Below, in pieces: positions 18,565 through 29,252 of a stretch of 64,000 nucleotides of DNA (position 1 is its first letter; every line of letters starts with the position of its first letter). The stretch is from the NCBI GenBank assembly GCA_965224025.1, contig OZ245033.1, forward strand, positions 1,504,001 through 1,568,000, given 5' to 3'. The notes beneath the pieces are model-generated. The model worked only from the letters and a program-made list of their open reading frames with translations. It searched no databases and was not told the origin of the DNA. Source of the DNA: Candidatus Multivorans sp. (GTDB lineage Bacteria > Acidobacteriota > Thermoanaerobaculia > Multivoradales > Multivoraceae). Both the position numbers and the translations under genes were made by a program.

Positions 18565-20145
18565 TCAGCGCCAGGCCCATTCCTCGAGGTTGGCGAGCGG
18601 GCTGAGAGCGTTCGGCGTCACCGACTCGAGTCCGTCGTCGAATGCGGCCAGACTCATCGACTCCCAGAGCACGAGCATCGGTTGGTCGTCGTGCAGGATC
18701 CGCTGCAAGCGGTGGAGATCCTCCCTACCCTTCATGGGATCGAGCAGGGAGGCAAAGCTGTCTATCAGCCTGTCGACCTCGGGATTGTCATAGGCGGCGA
18801 AGTTGAAGCCGCCGATCGACTCGCTGTGAAAGGTGAAGCGGAAGTCGAGACTGGTGTCGATTGCGAACGCGGAGGCCGCGGCGTCGAAGTCCTGCGCGAA
18901 CAATCTGTCGTTGAGGGCGTTCGGGTCGAAGCGGCGCGGCTGAGCGTCGATTCCGACGGCGCGGAGGTCGGCCTGGATCATCTGCATCGCGTCCCAGCGT
19001 GCACCGGCGCCGGCATAGGTCGCCAACTCGAAGCGGAACGGCACGCCGCCGCGCTCGAGGATGCCGTCGCCGTCGGCGTCGATCCAGCCGGTGTCGGCCA
19101 GGGCCGCACGGGCGGCCGCGGGATCGTGGGGCCAGGGTTCGAGCTCCGGGTCGTGCGCCCAGACGCCGGAGATGATCGGACTGCTCCCGACCTGGGCGTA
19201 GCCATGCCAGATGGTGTCCACGATCGCCCGACGGTCGATCGCCAGCGCCAGGGCGCGCCGGGTCGTCGCATCCTTGAACCACGGTTTGCTCGTGTTCCAC
19301 GAGACGAACGTGAACTGGCGGTTGGGGTAGGCGATCAGGCGGAGGCCGGGCCGGCCGTCGATGCGGTTTGCGTCGCCGGCCGCGATCCCGGAGGCGACGT
19401 CGAGTTCGCCGGCCAGAAGCTGGTTGGTCAGCGCCGTGCTGTCGGGCACGGTACGCAGGATGATACGCTCCAACTGCGGTAGTCCGGCCTTGAAGTGATC
19501 GGGATTGCGCCCGAGGACGAGTTCGCGGCCCGGTGTTCGGCTCTCGAGCCGGAAGGGGCCGTTGGTGACCAGGTGCTCGAAGAACCAGCCCGGGTCGCTC
19601 CGCCATTCGGCGAACGGCCGCGCTTCCCAAGCGTGCTTGGGGAGGATCGTGCCAGTCGACACGTCGGCCAACGCCGTGGGTAGAGCGGCGTTGAAGTGAA
19701 AGCGGGCGGTGTGGGAGTCGATCACCTCGACATCGACGATCGACCCCTTGTACGAGGAGTAGTCCCAGGCGACGCCGGCATCGGTCTGGGCCAGCCAGGT
19801 GAAGCGGACATCCTCCGCGGTCACTGGCTGACCATCGCTCCACACCGCGTCCGCTCGCAGCCGTACGGTCAACCGCAGCCGGTCCTCCGAGAACTCCCAC
19901 GAATCAGCCAGCCCCGGCGCCCAGCTTGGGGGCCCTTCCCGGAAGTCCCCTTGCTCCTCCATCAGCGACAGGAACATCTGGCTGTTGACCGCGGCGTACG
20001 CCAGGGTCGGCGGGCCGATCAGCTCGTTCGGCGTCGGGTAGTCGAACCGCAGCCCGATAGTGACGCGCGTGGTGTCGCGGGGGGCGTCGGAACTGCAACC
20101 CCAGCCGAGTACGGCGACCATTCCGGCTGCCGCCAATACCCGCAT
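18565..20145 (-). CDS. Peptide ABC transporter substrate-binding lipoprotein (family 5)
   Basis: Lipobox LGWGC; PGLADSW, WSDGQPVTAEDVRFT, NGPF, RRALALAIDR. Confidence 0.9.
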   Translation of the reverse strand: MRVLAAAGMVAVLGWGCSSDAPRDTTRVTIGLRFDYPTPNELIGPPTLAYAAVNSQMFLSLMEEQGDFREGPPSWAPGLADSWEFSEDRLRLTVRLRADAVWSDGQPVTAEDVRFTWLAQTDAGVAWDYSSYKGSIVDVEVIDSHTARFHFNAALPTALADVSTGTILPKHAWEARPFAEWRSDPGWFFEHLVTNGPFRLESRTPGRELVLGRNPDHFKAGLPQLERIILRTVPDSTALTNQLLAGELDVASGIAAGDANRIDGRPGLRLIAYPNRQFTFVSWNTSKPWFKDATTRRALALAIDRRAIVDTIWHGYAQVGSSPIISGVWAHDPELEPWPHDPAAARAALADTGWIDADGDGILERGGVPFRFELATYAGAGARWDAMQMIQADLRAVGIDAQPRRFDPNALNDRLFAQDFDAAASAFAIDTSLDFRFTFHSESIGGFNFAAYDNPEVDRLIDSFASLLDPMKGREDLHRLQRILHDDQPMLVLWESMSLAAFDDGLESVTPNALSPLANLEEWAWR

Positions 20146-20269
20146 CAACGTTCGCGCCACGGGCACGGAATCATCCCTTCCGTCTGGTAGCTGCCGGTCG
20201 CCGGCCCCACGTTCGCCCCACAGGCACGGAATGATCGTACACCCGATCTCTCTTGTAGCGTTCGTAGGC

Positions 20270-21613
20270 ATGTTGGACTGGCTCGGCAGCGACACCAGGC
20301 AACGGCGACGCCGGATCTGGGCGGCGATCGTCGGCATCTTCGTGCTTGCCGACCTCAGCCTGTTCGGTTGGTTGATCTTCCGGTCGCTGTCGCAGCGGGA
20401 GCTGAGCCGGATCGTGGTGGAAGCGCGCGCGGAAGCCGAGGAACTGGCGGAGGGGATCGCCGGCCGCGTCGAGAACACGGGGCGCGACCTGTACACCGCC
20501 ATGGCCACCGAGTCCGCGACCCGCAGCTACATCAACAGGGTGTTGGTTCAGCGGGACATCGTTGAAACCGTGGAGATCCGCGACACGGATGGCCGTCTGG
20601 TGTTCCGCAACCGTCGCGAGGAGACCCAGACCGCGGGCGGGGAGCGACCGAATCTCGAGTCGCCCGGCCTGGTCGCGGACACGTTCACCCGGGAGGTGCC
20701 CTACGAGCAGGTCGAGGTGCCGGTGGGCAACATCGGCACTTTCGTGATCGGCATCTCGCGTGCCGAACTGCAACAGCGGTTGGCCGTCCTACGGCGGGAA
20801 CTGCTGCGGCAGGCGGCGATCATCGCCGCGCTGACCGTGGCTCTGTTCGTCGCCGGCTATGTGATCTACAGCCGGCTCTCGCGCCAAACCGCTCTCGCCG
20901 AGCGTCAGGCGCAGGAGGCGGAACAGATGGCCTATGTCGGCACGCTGGCTTCCGGTCTCGCCCACGAGATCCGCAGTCCCTTGAACTCCCTCAACCTGAA
21001 CATGCAGATGCTCCAGGAGGAGATGGCGACGGATGAACGCCGGGCTACCGTGGGGTCGTCCGACCGTCTGGTGGCGATCACGCGCTCCGAGGTCGGCCGT
21101 CTCGAGCGTCTGGTTTCCGATTTCCTCAGCTACGCGCGTCCGGCCGACCTGGATCTTGTGGACACGACAGCGGTCGAGTTGCTGCGTCACTGCACCGAGG
21201 TCGTCGCCGGCAAGTTGCGTTCGGAGCAGGTCGCTTCGGAGATTGACGATCGAACTGGCGGCGCCGTGTTCCAGGTCGATCGCGAGCAGGTGAATCAACT
21301 GCTCCTCAACCTGGTCGACAACGCGGTAGCGGCGATGAACGACTGCGACCATCCGCGTCTCCGTCTCGAGGCTGAGATCCGGGATGGGTCGGTCGTGCTG
21401 GCGGTCGGCGACAACGGTCTCGGCGTGGACGAGGCGGAACGCGAGCGCGTCTTCGATCTGTTCCATTCCGGACGCCGGGGCGGCACCGGTCTGGGGCTCG
21501 CCATCGTGCGCCGCATCGCCAACGCGCACGGCGGCGAGGCGAGGGTCCGGGACGACGACCGTCCCGGCGCCACCTTCGAGGTCGAGCTGCCGCTCGGGCC
21601 ACGCGCTCGTTGA
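20270..21613 (+). CDS. Membrane sensor histidine kinase (HisKA + HATPase)
   Basis: Two TM segments, LAHEIRSPL H-box, NLVDNA, DNGLG, GTGLGLAI. Confidence 0.92.
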   Translation: MLDWLGSDTRQRRRRIWAAIVGIFVLADLSLFGWLIFRSLSQRELSRIVVEARAEAEELAEGIAGRVENTGRDLYTAMATESATRSYINRVLVQRDIVETVEIRDTDGRLVFRNRREETQTAGGERPNLESPGLVADTFTREVPYEQVEVPVGNIGTFVIGISRAELQQRLAVLRRELLRQAAIIAALTVALFVAGYVIYSRLSRQTALAERQAQEAEQMAYVGTLASGLAHEIRSPLNSLNLNMQMLQEEMATDERRATVGSSDRLVAITRSEVGRLERLVSDFLSYARPADLDLVDTTAVELLRHCTEVVAGKLRSEQVASEIDDRTGGAVFQVDREQVNQLLLNLVDNAVAAMNDCDHPRLRLEAEIRDGSVVLAVGDNGLGVDEAERERVFDLFHSGRRGGTGLGLAIVRRIANAHGGEARVRDDDRPGATFEVELPLGPRAR

Positions 21614-21763
21614 CCAGGTAGCCGGGCGGCTGTTACTGTCGGCGGCCGAATGCTGCTCGGCGGCGTTCGGCGCAGGGGCGTAAGGTCGTTCCGCGCGGGG
21701 AGATGACAGCAGGGGCGAACGACGTTCGGCGCCCACGACATACGGCGCCGCGGAGAGACAACC

Positions 21764-22093
21764 ATGTACGCAGTGATAGAGACCGGCGGCAAGCAGGTCC
21801 GGGTCGCAGAGGGCGACGTCGTGGATCTTGAGCGTGTTGCCGGCGCCGAAGCCGGCTCGGAGGTCGTCTTCGACCGCGTGTTGATGATTGGCGGCGGCGA
21901 GGGCGAAGCCGAAGTCGGTGGCCCCGTCGTTGAGGGGGCGCGCGTACGGGCGCAGCTCGTGTCCGACCTGCGTGGACCCAAGATCGTCGTCTTCAAGTTC
22001 AAGCGCCGCAAGGGCTACCGCCGGCGGAACGGACACCGGCAGGACATGCAGCGCTTCCGGATCGAGGCGATCGAACGGGCGGCCGGGGCTTGA
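21764..22093 (+). CDS. rplU: 50S ribosomal protein L21
   Basis: MYAVIETGGKQ, KFKRRKGYRRRNGHRQ. Confidence 0.98.
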   Translation: MYAVIETGGKQVRVAEGDVVDLERVAGAEAGSEVVFDRVLMIGGGEGEAEVGGPVVEGARVRAQLVSDLRGPKIVVFKFKRRKGYRRRNGHRQDMQRFRIEAIERAAGA

Positions 22094-22119
22094 GACCCCG
22101 AGACGGAGGTCCATAAGAG

Positions 22120-22377
22120 ATGGCGCACAAGAAGGGCCAGGGCTCGAGTCGGAACGGCCGCGATTCGAATCCCAAGAACCTGGGCGTGAAGCGTTACGCG
22201 GGCCAGAGCGTGACGGGCGGGACGATCATCGTTCGCCAGCGCGGCACCCGGTTCTTTCCCGGCGAGAACGTAGGTCGCGGCAACGACGACACGCTCTACG
22301 CGCGGGCGGACGGCGTGGTCGAGTTTCGCAAGCGCGGCCGGCGTGGCACGCTGGTCAACGTTCATCCAGCCGGCTAG
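22120..22377 (+). CDS. rpmA: 50S ribosomal protein L27
   Basis: [24 protein letters not shown]. Confidence 0.98.
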   Translation: MAHKKGQGSSRNGRDSNPKNLGVKRYAGQSVTGGTIIVRQRGTRFFPGENVGRGNDDTLYARADGVVEFRKRGRRGTLVNVHPAG

Positions 22378-22432
22378 CAGCGTGCGCGGCGGGGAATCTG
22401 CGTACCCCATGTTCTGGGGCGCCCGCTCATAG
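22375..22432. repeat. Short inverted-repeat element starting at the rpmA TAG stop
   Basis: Near-identical to positions 1-57. Confidence 0.6.
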
Positions 22433-22457
22433 GGCCTGACGCCGCCGGGAGCGGTTG

Positions 22458-23513
22458 ATGCACTTCATCGACGAGGCCGTCATCGATGTCCTCGCGGGTG
22501 CGGGCGGCAACGGTTGCATGGCGTTTCGGCGCGAGAAGTTCGTGCCTCGCGGAGGCCCCTCCGGCGGCGATGGCGGTCATGGCGGCAGCGTCGTCCTGTT
22601 GGGCGCCTCGGGACTCGGCACGTTGTACCGCCTCTCGTTTCCCGCCAACTACCACGCGGAGCGGGGCCGGCACGGCGAGGGCTCGAACAAGACCGGCAGG
22701 AGCGGCGGCGACCTGCTCATTCCGGTGCCGCTCGGCACCGAGGTCTACGACGCGGACAGCGGGGAGGCCCTGGGTGAGGTGCTGACCGAGGACGATCGGC
22801 TGATCGTCGCCCGCGGCGGCGCCGGCGGCCGCGGCAACGCGCGCTTCAAGAGCGCGCGGCAACGGGCGCCGAGGCGCACGGAGCCGGGGACGCCGGGTGA
22901 GCAGAGGCGGCTCCGCCTGGAACTGAAGTTGCTCGCCGATGTCGGGGTCGTCGGCCTGCCGAATGCAGGCAAGTCGACGTTGATCAGTGTTCTGACCGCC
23001 GCCAAGCCGAGGATCGCGGACTATCCGTTCACCACCCTTGTTCCCCAGCTCGGAGTGGTCGGCGCGCCGGCGCTGCCGGTGGAGGCGGCGCCCTTCGTGA
23101 TTGCCGATCTGCCGGGTCTGATCGCGGGCGCCGCCCAGGGCGCCGGACTCGGGACGCGCTTCCTCCGCCACGTCGAGCGATGCCGCGTGCTGCTCCACCT
23201 GGTCGATCTCGGGCCGCAGCCGGAGGAGGCCGGGAGTTCGATCGAGGAGGCCGCGGACACGATCAGCGCCGAACTGGGCGCCTTCAACGAGGATCTCCCG
23301 CGGCGGGCCCGGATTCTGTGCGGCTCGAAGCTGGACATCGCCGACGAGGACAGGCGCCGCGAGCTTCATGAGCTGGCCGCGAGACGGGGACTGCGGGCGT
23401 TCGAGATCTCGGCCGTGGCGGGTGTGGGTCTCGTACCGCTGGTCCGGGAACTTCGGGGCCTGCTCGACGCCCGGGAGGTCGCCGTGGACGTGGCCGCAGG
23501 CGCCCGGCCATGA
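22458..23513 (+). CDS. obgE: GTPase ObgE
   Basis: FRREKFVPRGGPSGGDGG, GLPNAGKST, IADYPFTTL, ADLPG. Confidence 0.97.
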   Translation: MHFIDEAVIDVLAGAGGNGCMAFRREKFVPRGGPSGGDGGHGGSVVLLGASGLGTLYRLSFPANYHAERGRHGEGSNKTGRSGGDLLIPVPLGTEVYDADSGEALGEVLTEDDRLIVARGGAGGRGNARFKSARQRAPRRTEPGTPGEQRRLRLELKLLADVGVVGLPNAGKSTLISVLTAAKPRIADYPFTTLVPQLGVVGAPALPVEAAPFVIADLPGLIAGAAQGAGLGTRFLRHVERCRVLLHLVDLGPQPEEAGSSIEEAADTISAELGAFNEDLPRRARILCGSKLDIADEDRRRELHELAARRGLRAFEISAVAGVGLVPLVRELRGLLDAREVAVDVAAGARP

Positions 23514-24118
23514 GCGGAGCAGGGGCGCGGATCGGGCTCTTCGGCGGCAGCTTCGATCCGATCCACAACGGACACATTCTGCCGGTGCTCGCGGCTCGGA
23601 AATCGCTCGGACTCGATGTCGTCCACTACCTGCCGACTGCCTGCCCGCCGCACAAGCCGCGGGGGACGAGGGCGCCGGCTCTCTCGCGCAACACGATGGT
23701 GGAGTTGGCGCTGCTGCCCTACTCCGAACTCGTCGTGTCGGATGCCGAACTCGATCTCGGGCGATCCGTGTACACGATCGAGACGGTGGAGCGCTACGCG
23801 GCCGAGTTCCCGGATGCCAGTCTGCATCTGCTCCTGGGCGTCGACAGTTTCAACGAATTGCCCGGCTGGCGGCGCTTTGGCGACTTGATCGAGGCCGTGA
23901 AGCTGGTTGTCCTGGCGCGTCCGGGGGAGCGCGGTCTCGCGCCGGAGGTGCGCTCGTCGGTCGAGAGTGCGCGAGGCTACGCCCTCGTCCGGCACCGTTC
24001 GGTCGATGTCTCGTCGAGCGACATTCGGCGCCGGCTGGCGCAGGGTGCGGAAGTGAGCACGGATTTGATGCCGGACCCGGTGCTGCGCTACTGTCGCAAG
24101 TACGGGTTGTATCGTTGA
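23510..24118 (+). CDS. nadD: Nicotinate-nucleotide adenylyltransferase
   Basis: FGGSFDPIHNGH, PPHK, YTIET, VSSSDIR; conserved obg-nadD-rsfS order. Confidence 0.95.
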   Translation: MSGAGARIGLFGGSFDPIHNGHILPVLAARKSLGLDVVHYLPTACPPHKPRGTRAPALSRNTMVELALLPYSELVVSDAELDLGRSVYTIETVERYAAEFPDASLHLLLGVDSFNELPGWRRFGDLIEAVKLVVLARPGERGLAPEVRSSVESARGYALVRHRSVDVSSSDIRRRLAQGAEVSTDLMPDPVLRYCRKYGLYR

Positions 24119-24531
24119 CGCAAGTACAGACGCTCCAGGCCCCGGCGGGCGCGACTACCCACGATCCGGAGGGGCCCACCGACTCCGAGGACCGTGTCCG
24201 CACGGCCGCCGCGGCGGCGCTTGATCGCAAGGCGCAGGATCTGCGGGTACTGGAACTCACCGAAGTCAGCGACTTCACCGACTACTTCGTCATCTGCAAC
24301 GGCGCCAACGCCCGCCAGGTGAGCAGCATCGCGGAAGCGGTGGAGCGCAGGCTACGCGCCGCCGGCGCCCGGCCGCTGCATCTCGAAGGCGCGGGCAGGG
24401 GCCAGTGGGTGCTGCTCGACTACGGTGACGTGGTCGTCCACGTGTTCGACGCCGAGCGGCGTGAACTCTACAGGCTGGAACGGCTGTGGTCCGACGCGCC
24501 GGACCGGACCGCGGAACTCGCACCCGACTGA
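24115..24531 (+). CDS. rsfS: Ribosome silencing factor
   Basis: DRKAQD, TDYFVIC, WVLLDYGDVVVHVF, YRLERLW; TTG start overlapping the nadD stop. Confidence 0.95.
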   Translation: MTQVQTLQAPAGATTHDPEGPTDSEDRVRTAAAAALDRKAQDLRVLELTEVSDFTDYFVICNGANARQVSSIAEAVERRLRAAGARPLHLEGAGRGQWVLLDYGDVVVHVFDAERRELYRLERLWSDAPDRTAELAPD

Positions 24532-24543
24532 GCGCGACCTGCG

Positions 24544-24765
24544 ATGAGTGCGGTGCTGCAACTCCGGGTCAACGGCCAGGAGCGGGAACTGGCTTCGTCG
24601 GGATCCGGCGTCACCGTTCTCGATCTGCTTGCGAGCCTGGACCAGCACCCGAAGACGGTGGCGGTCGAGGTGAACCGCGAACTCGTGCCGCGCGCCCGCT
24701 TCGGCGAAACGGCGCTCCGCGACGGGGACCGGGTCGAGGTCGTTCGCTTCGTCCAGGGTGGCTAG
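24544..24765 (+). CDS. thiS: Sulfur carrier protein ThiS
   Basis: [28 protein letters not shown] with C-terminal GG. Confidence 0.93.
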   Translation: MSAVLQLRVNGQERELASSGSGVTVLDLLASLDQHPKTVAVEVNRELVPRARFGETALRDGDRVEVVRFVQGG

Positions 24766-24833
24766 CGACGCAGTGTTCTACGGGGGCTGGGTCGAGATCG
24801 TTCGCTTCGTCCAGGGTGGTTGGAGACGCAGTG
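24731..24833. repeat. 58-bp-period tandem duplication of the thiS 3' end
   Basis: gggtcgag(g/a)tcgttcgcttcgtccagggtgg...gacgcagtg at 24731 and 24789. Confidence 0.85.
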
Positions 24834-24902
24834 ATTCGGTATAGTCCCGCGCTGCCGCCGGCACCGGGCGAAACCGGTTGACGCCGAGGCGGCATGGAGG
24901 CC

Positions 24903-24978
24903 GGGCCGCTAGCTCAATTGGCAGAGCAACAGACTCTTAATCTGTGGGTTCTAGGTTCGATTCCTAGGCGGCTCACCA
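24903..24978 (+). tRNA. tRNA-Lys(CTT)
   Basis: GGGCCGCTAGCTCAATTGGCAGAGC...ACAGA-CT-CTT-AA-TCTGT...GGTTCGATTCC...CACCA. Confidence 0.96.
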
Positions 24979-25026
24979 CGCCCCACCCGTGGCGGCCGAA
25001 GCTTCCGCACTGCTACGGCGCGAAAC

Positions 25027-25108
25027 GCGAAAGTGGCGGAACTGGTAGACGCGCTAGACTTAGGATCTAGTCCCGAAAGGGTTGGGGGTTCGAGTCCCCC
25101 CTTTCGCA
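25027..25108 (+). tRNA. tRNA-Leu(TAG)
   Basis: GCGAAAG acceptor pairs with CTTTCGC; anticodon arm CTAGA-CT-TAG-GA-TCTAG; long variable arm; CCA not encoded. Confidence 0.95.
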
Positions 25109-25116
25109 CGCCCGAC

Positions 25117-25189
25117 GCGGAACCGGTCGAGCGCTAGACTCAGAATCTAGTCCCGCAAGGGTTTGGGGGTTCGAGTCCCCCCTTTCGCA
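25117..25189 (+). pseudogene. Tandem 5'-truncated tRNA-Leu copy with CAG anticodon
   Basis: 80-bp-period copy of the preceding tRNA; anticodon loop CT-CAG-AA; 5' acceptor strand missing. Confidence 0.8.
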
Positions 25190-25246
25190 CTTCTGGCCCC
25201 CTCGCTTACTCGCACTACCGGAATCGACTGAGTCTCCCGTTCGACC

Positions 25247-26596
25247 ATGGCTGTAGTGGTCACGAAAAGGGAGGTCGGCTTGTGCCGGCACGAGTTCGAC
25301 ATCGAGGTGCCGGCCGAGGAGGTCGATGCCGAGTTCCTGCGGGTGGCCAGGGACTACCGCCGCCGGGCCCGCCTCGACGGCTTCCGCAAGGGCAAGGCGC
25401 CGCTCGACCTGATCCGCCAACGGTTCGCCGAGGCGATCGGCGAGGACGTGTCGGAGCGGCTGGCGCCGAAGTACTGGAATCTGGCGCGCGAAGAAGAGGA
25501 CGTCCACGCCATGCTGCCGCCAAGCGTCGGGCCGGTCGAGGTGGTTCCCGGCCAGCCGCTGCGCTTCGCGGTGACGGTCGACGTCGAGCCCGAGGTCGAC
25601 ATCGGCGATGACCGGAGCTTCGAGTTGCCGCAGCCCGAGACGGCGCCCACCGAAGCGGAGGTCGACGAAGTGCTGGAGCAGGTCCGCCTGGAGCGTGCGA
25701 CCTGGGTGCCTGTCGACCGCTCCGCGGCGCGCGGCGACCGGGTGCGCGGGAAGGTCCATCGGGCCGCCATGCCCGGTTTCGATGCGGACGCGGCGGGCGC
25801 CGGCGAGGACGCGGACCGCAACGGGCCGGCGACCCACGACATCGACCTGGAGCTGGGCGACGAGCGGGTCTGGCCTGAACTCACCGACAACCTGACGGGG
25901 CTCTCGGCCGGTCAGACGGCAACGTTCGAGCGCGTCGAGCAGGAGGACAGCATCGAGCGGCAGCGCCGGTACGGCATCGAACTCCACGAGGTGCTCGAGC
26001 GGAAGCTGCCCGAGGTCGACGACGACTGGGCCAGCGGTCTGGCCGCGAGCATCGGGAGCGTCGACGATCTGCGGGAGAACCTCCGCGGGCAGGTGGAGGC
26101 GCGGAAGGTCGAGGCTGCCGGCCACCAGCGTTCGGACGCGCTGTTCGATCAGTTGCGCGAGCGCTATCCGGTCACCCTGCCGGAGGCGGTGGAGGAGCGC
26201 GAGGCGTTCCAGATGGCGCGGTCCTACGCGAACAACCTGGCTCGACGGGGTGTCGATCTCGAGCAGCAGCAGTTGCCCTGGGAGCAGATGATGGAGGAGA
26301 TCCGTCCGCAGGCGGGCAAACGGGCGCACGCCTCCTTCCTGCTCGACCGGATCGCCCGGGAGGACGGGATCGAACCGACCCGGGAAGACCTCGAGCGCGC
26401 GCTGGAGATCATGGCTCGCGCCCGCAACACGAACCGCGGCAAGCTGCGCCGCGAGCTGGAGCGGGATGGCGGCCTGGAGATGTTGAAGATCGAACTCAGA
26501 CGGGACAAGACGGTGCAGGCTCTTCTCGAGGCCAACGCGCCGGCTGATGGATCGGGCGGCGAAACGGAAGAATCCGCCGCCGAAGGAGAGGACTAG
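25247..26596 (+). CDS. tig: Trigger factor
   Basis: LDGFRKGKAP ribosome-binding motif; tRNA-Leu-tig-clpP-clpX-lon order. Confidence 0.95.
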   Translation: MAVVVTKREVGLCRHEFDIEVPAEEVDAEFLRVARDYRRRARLDGFRKGKAPLDLIRQRFAEAIGEDVSERLAPKYWNLAREEEDVHAMLPPSVGPVEVVPGQPLRFAVTVDVEPEVDIGDDRSFELPQPETAPTEAEVDEVLEQVRLERATWVPVDRSAARGDRVRGKVHRAAMPGFDADAAGAGEDADRNGPATHDIDLELGDERVWPELTDNLTGLSAGQTATFERVEQEDSIERQRRYGIELHEVLERKLPEVDDDWASGLAASIGSVDDLRENLRGQVEARKVEAAGHQRSDALFDQLRERYPVTLPEAVEEREAFQMARSYANNLARRGVDLEQQQLPWEQMMEEIRPQAGKRAHASFLLDRIAREDGIEPTREDLERALEIMARARNTNRGKLRRELERDGGLEMLKIELRRDKTVQALLEANAPADGSGGETEESAAEGED

Positions 26597-26598
26597 CG

Positions 26599-26740
26599 AT
26601 GCTGTACCCATTGTGGCCGGGCAGCAGGACCGGACGGAAAGAGAGGGCTGAGGGGATGCTTGTACTCATGGTGGTTGGGCAGCAGGACCGGACGGAAAGA
26701 GAGGGCTGAGGGGATGCTTGTACCCATGGTGGTTGAGCAG
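26599..26740. repeat. Triplicated clpP translation-initiation region (period 57/58 bp)
   Basis: ATG-containing units at 26599, 26656, 26714; gggcagcaggaccggacggaaagagagggctgagggg present twice. Confidence 0.9.
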
Positions 26741-27304
26741 ACCAACCGGGGAGAACGCGCCTACGACATCTACTCGCGGCTGCTCAAGGACAACATCGTG
26801 TTCCTCGGCCGGGCGATCGACGACGACGTGGCGAATCTTGTCATCGCGCAGATGCTGTTTCTCGAGTCCGAGAACCCGGAGAAGGACATCTCGCTCTACA
26901 TCAACTCGCCGGGCGGCTCGGTGACCGCGGGCTTCGCCATATACGACACGATGCAGCATGTGAAGCCGGACGTATCGACCCTGTGTGTCGGTCAGGCCGC
27001 GTCCTTCGCCGCGGTGCTGCTGGCGGGCGGCGCCAAGGAGAAGCGGCTCGTGCTGCCCAACGCGCGGGTGCTGATTCACCAACCTTGGGTGCAGAGCCTC
27101 GGGGGCCAGCAGACGGACATCGACATCCATGCCCAGGACCTGCTGAGGATGCGCGGCCGGATCGACGAACTGCTGGCTTTGCACACCGGCAAACCGACCG
27201 ATGAAGTCCACGCCGACACCGAGCGCGACAAGATTCTCACCGCCGAGATGGCGGTCGAGTACGGGCTCGCCGACCGCGTTGTCGAGCGTCGAGGAGCTGC
27301 CTGA
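26714..27304 (+). CDS. clpP: ATP-dependent Clp protease proteolytic subunit
   Basis: [40 protein letters not shown]. Confidence 0.98.
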   Translation: MLVPMVVEQTNRGERAYDIYSRLLKDNIVFLGRAIDDDVANLVIAQMLFLESENPEKDISLYINSPGGSVTAGFAIYDTMQHVKPDVSTLCVGQAASFAAVLLAGGAKEKRLVLPNARVLIHQPWVQSLGGQQTDIDIHAQDLLRMRGRIDELLALHTGKPTDEVHADTERDKILTAEMAVEYGLADRVVERRGAA

Positions 27305-27371
27305 CGGACCGACTGCGGCGGGGACTGCATACGAGAGTTGTCCCGGCCAGGCTCTCTGGGGAGAGGCCGCC

Positions 27372-27847
27372 ATGAAGAAGTGCCCATAGTGCGAGCCGGG
27401 TGGCGAGATCACCCCGCATGGCGGAGGGATGCCGGCTCGTACGCTCTAAGCGTCAATGGTCCGTCACAGGCTCGACCGCCACCGGTTGCGCCTCCTACGG
27501 CTCCAGACCCGCCGACAACCCCTCCCGATCCAGACCCCGACCCGGACCCCGGCCCCGGCCCCGACCCCGAGCCGGACCCCGATCCGCCCACGGCTCCAGC
27601 GCTGTCCGGCAGAGTCAGCGTCACGACTCCGGCGGGATTGACCCGGCACTACCGTGTCCGCCCCGTCAGTGCGCTTGGAGACGGAGCGTGGTCTTCCCAT
27701 GTGGAGCTCACGTCCGAGTCGCCGCCGCCACTGTCGGCGCCAAGCATCCCCAACGTCAGCAACCTCCCGTCCCTGTTTCTCGGGGGAGGCAGGTTGCTGT
27801 CCACAGCTTCATTGGAAAGTAGGACGGCCGCGAGAACCAGCGGCTAA
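27372..27847 (+). pseudogene. Gene relics: MKKCP* start followed by a Pro/Asp linker and fibronectin-III-like fragment
   Basis: PDPDPDPGPGPDPEPDP linker then TRHYRVRPVSALGDGAWS (FN3 C-terminal strand pattern); no credible start. Confidence 0.5.
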
Positions 27848-28014
27848 CCCAGGTAGCCCGTTGTTGATCCCTCCCGCCCGAGTCCCGATAGAGGGACCGG
27901 CGGCGGCGACCCCGGACCGGCGCCGCATGCTAGGATCCGTCGGTACTCTCGGCCTGCGGCACCCCCGCCGGCAGGCCGAATGGATAGTGAGAAACAAGCG
28001 GAAACGACGGACGA

Positions 28015-29250
<1,236 letters not shown>

Positions 29251-29252
29251 CG

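Noticed and set aside
20270-21613. Orphan histidine kinase
   Set aside because: Orphan kinases are common; the regulator is likely elsewhere in the genome.
26599-26740. CRISPR-like array (repeats with ~58-bp period)
   Set aside because: The units are whole degenerate tandem copies of the clpP start with no unique spacers, and there are no cas genes in the window.
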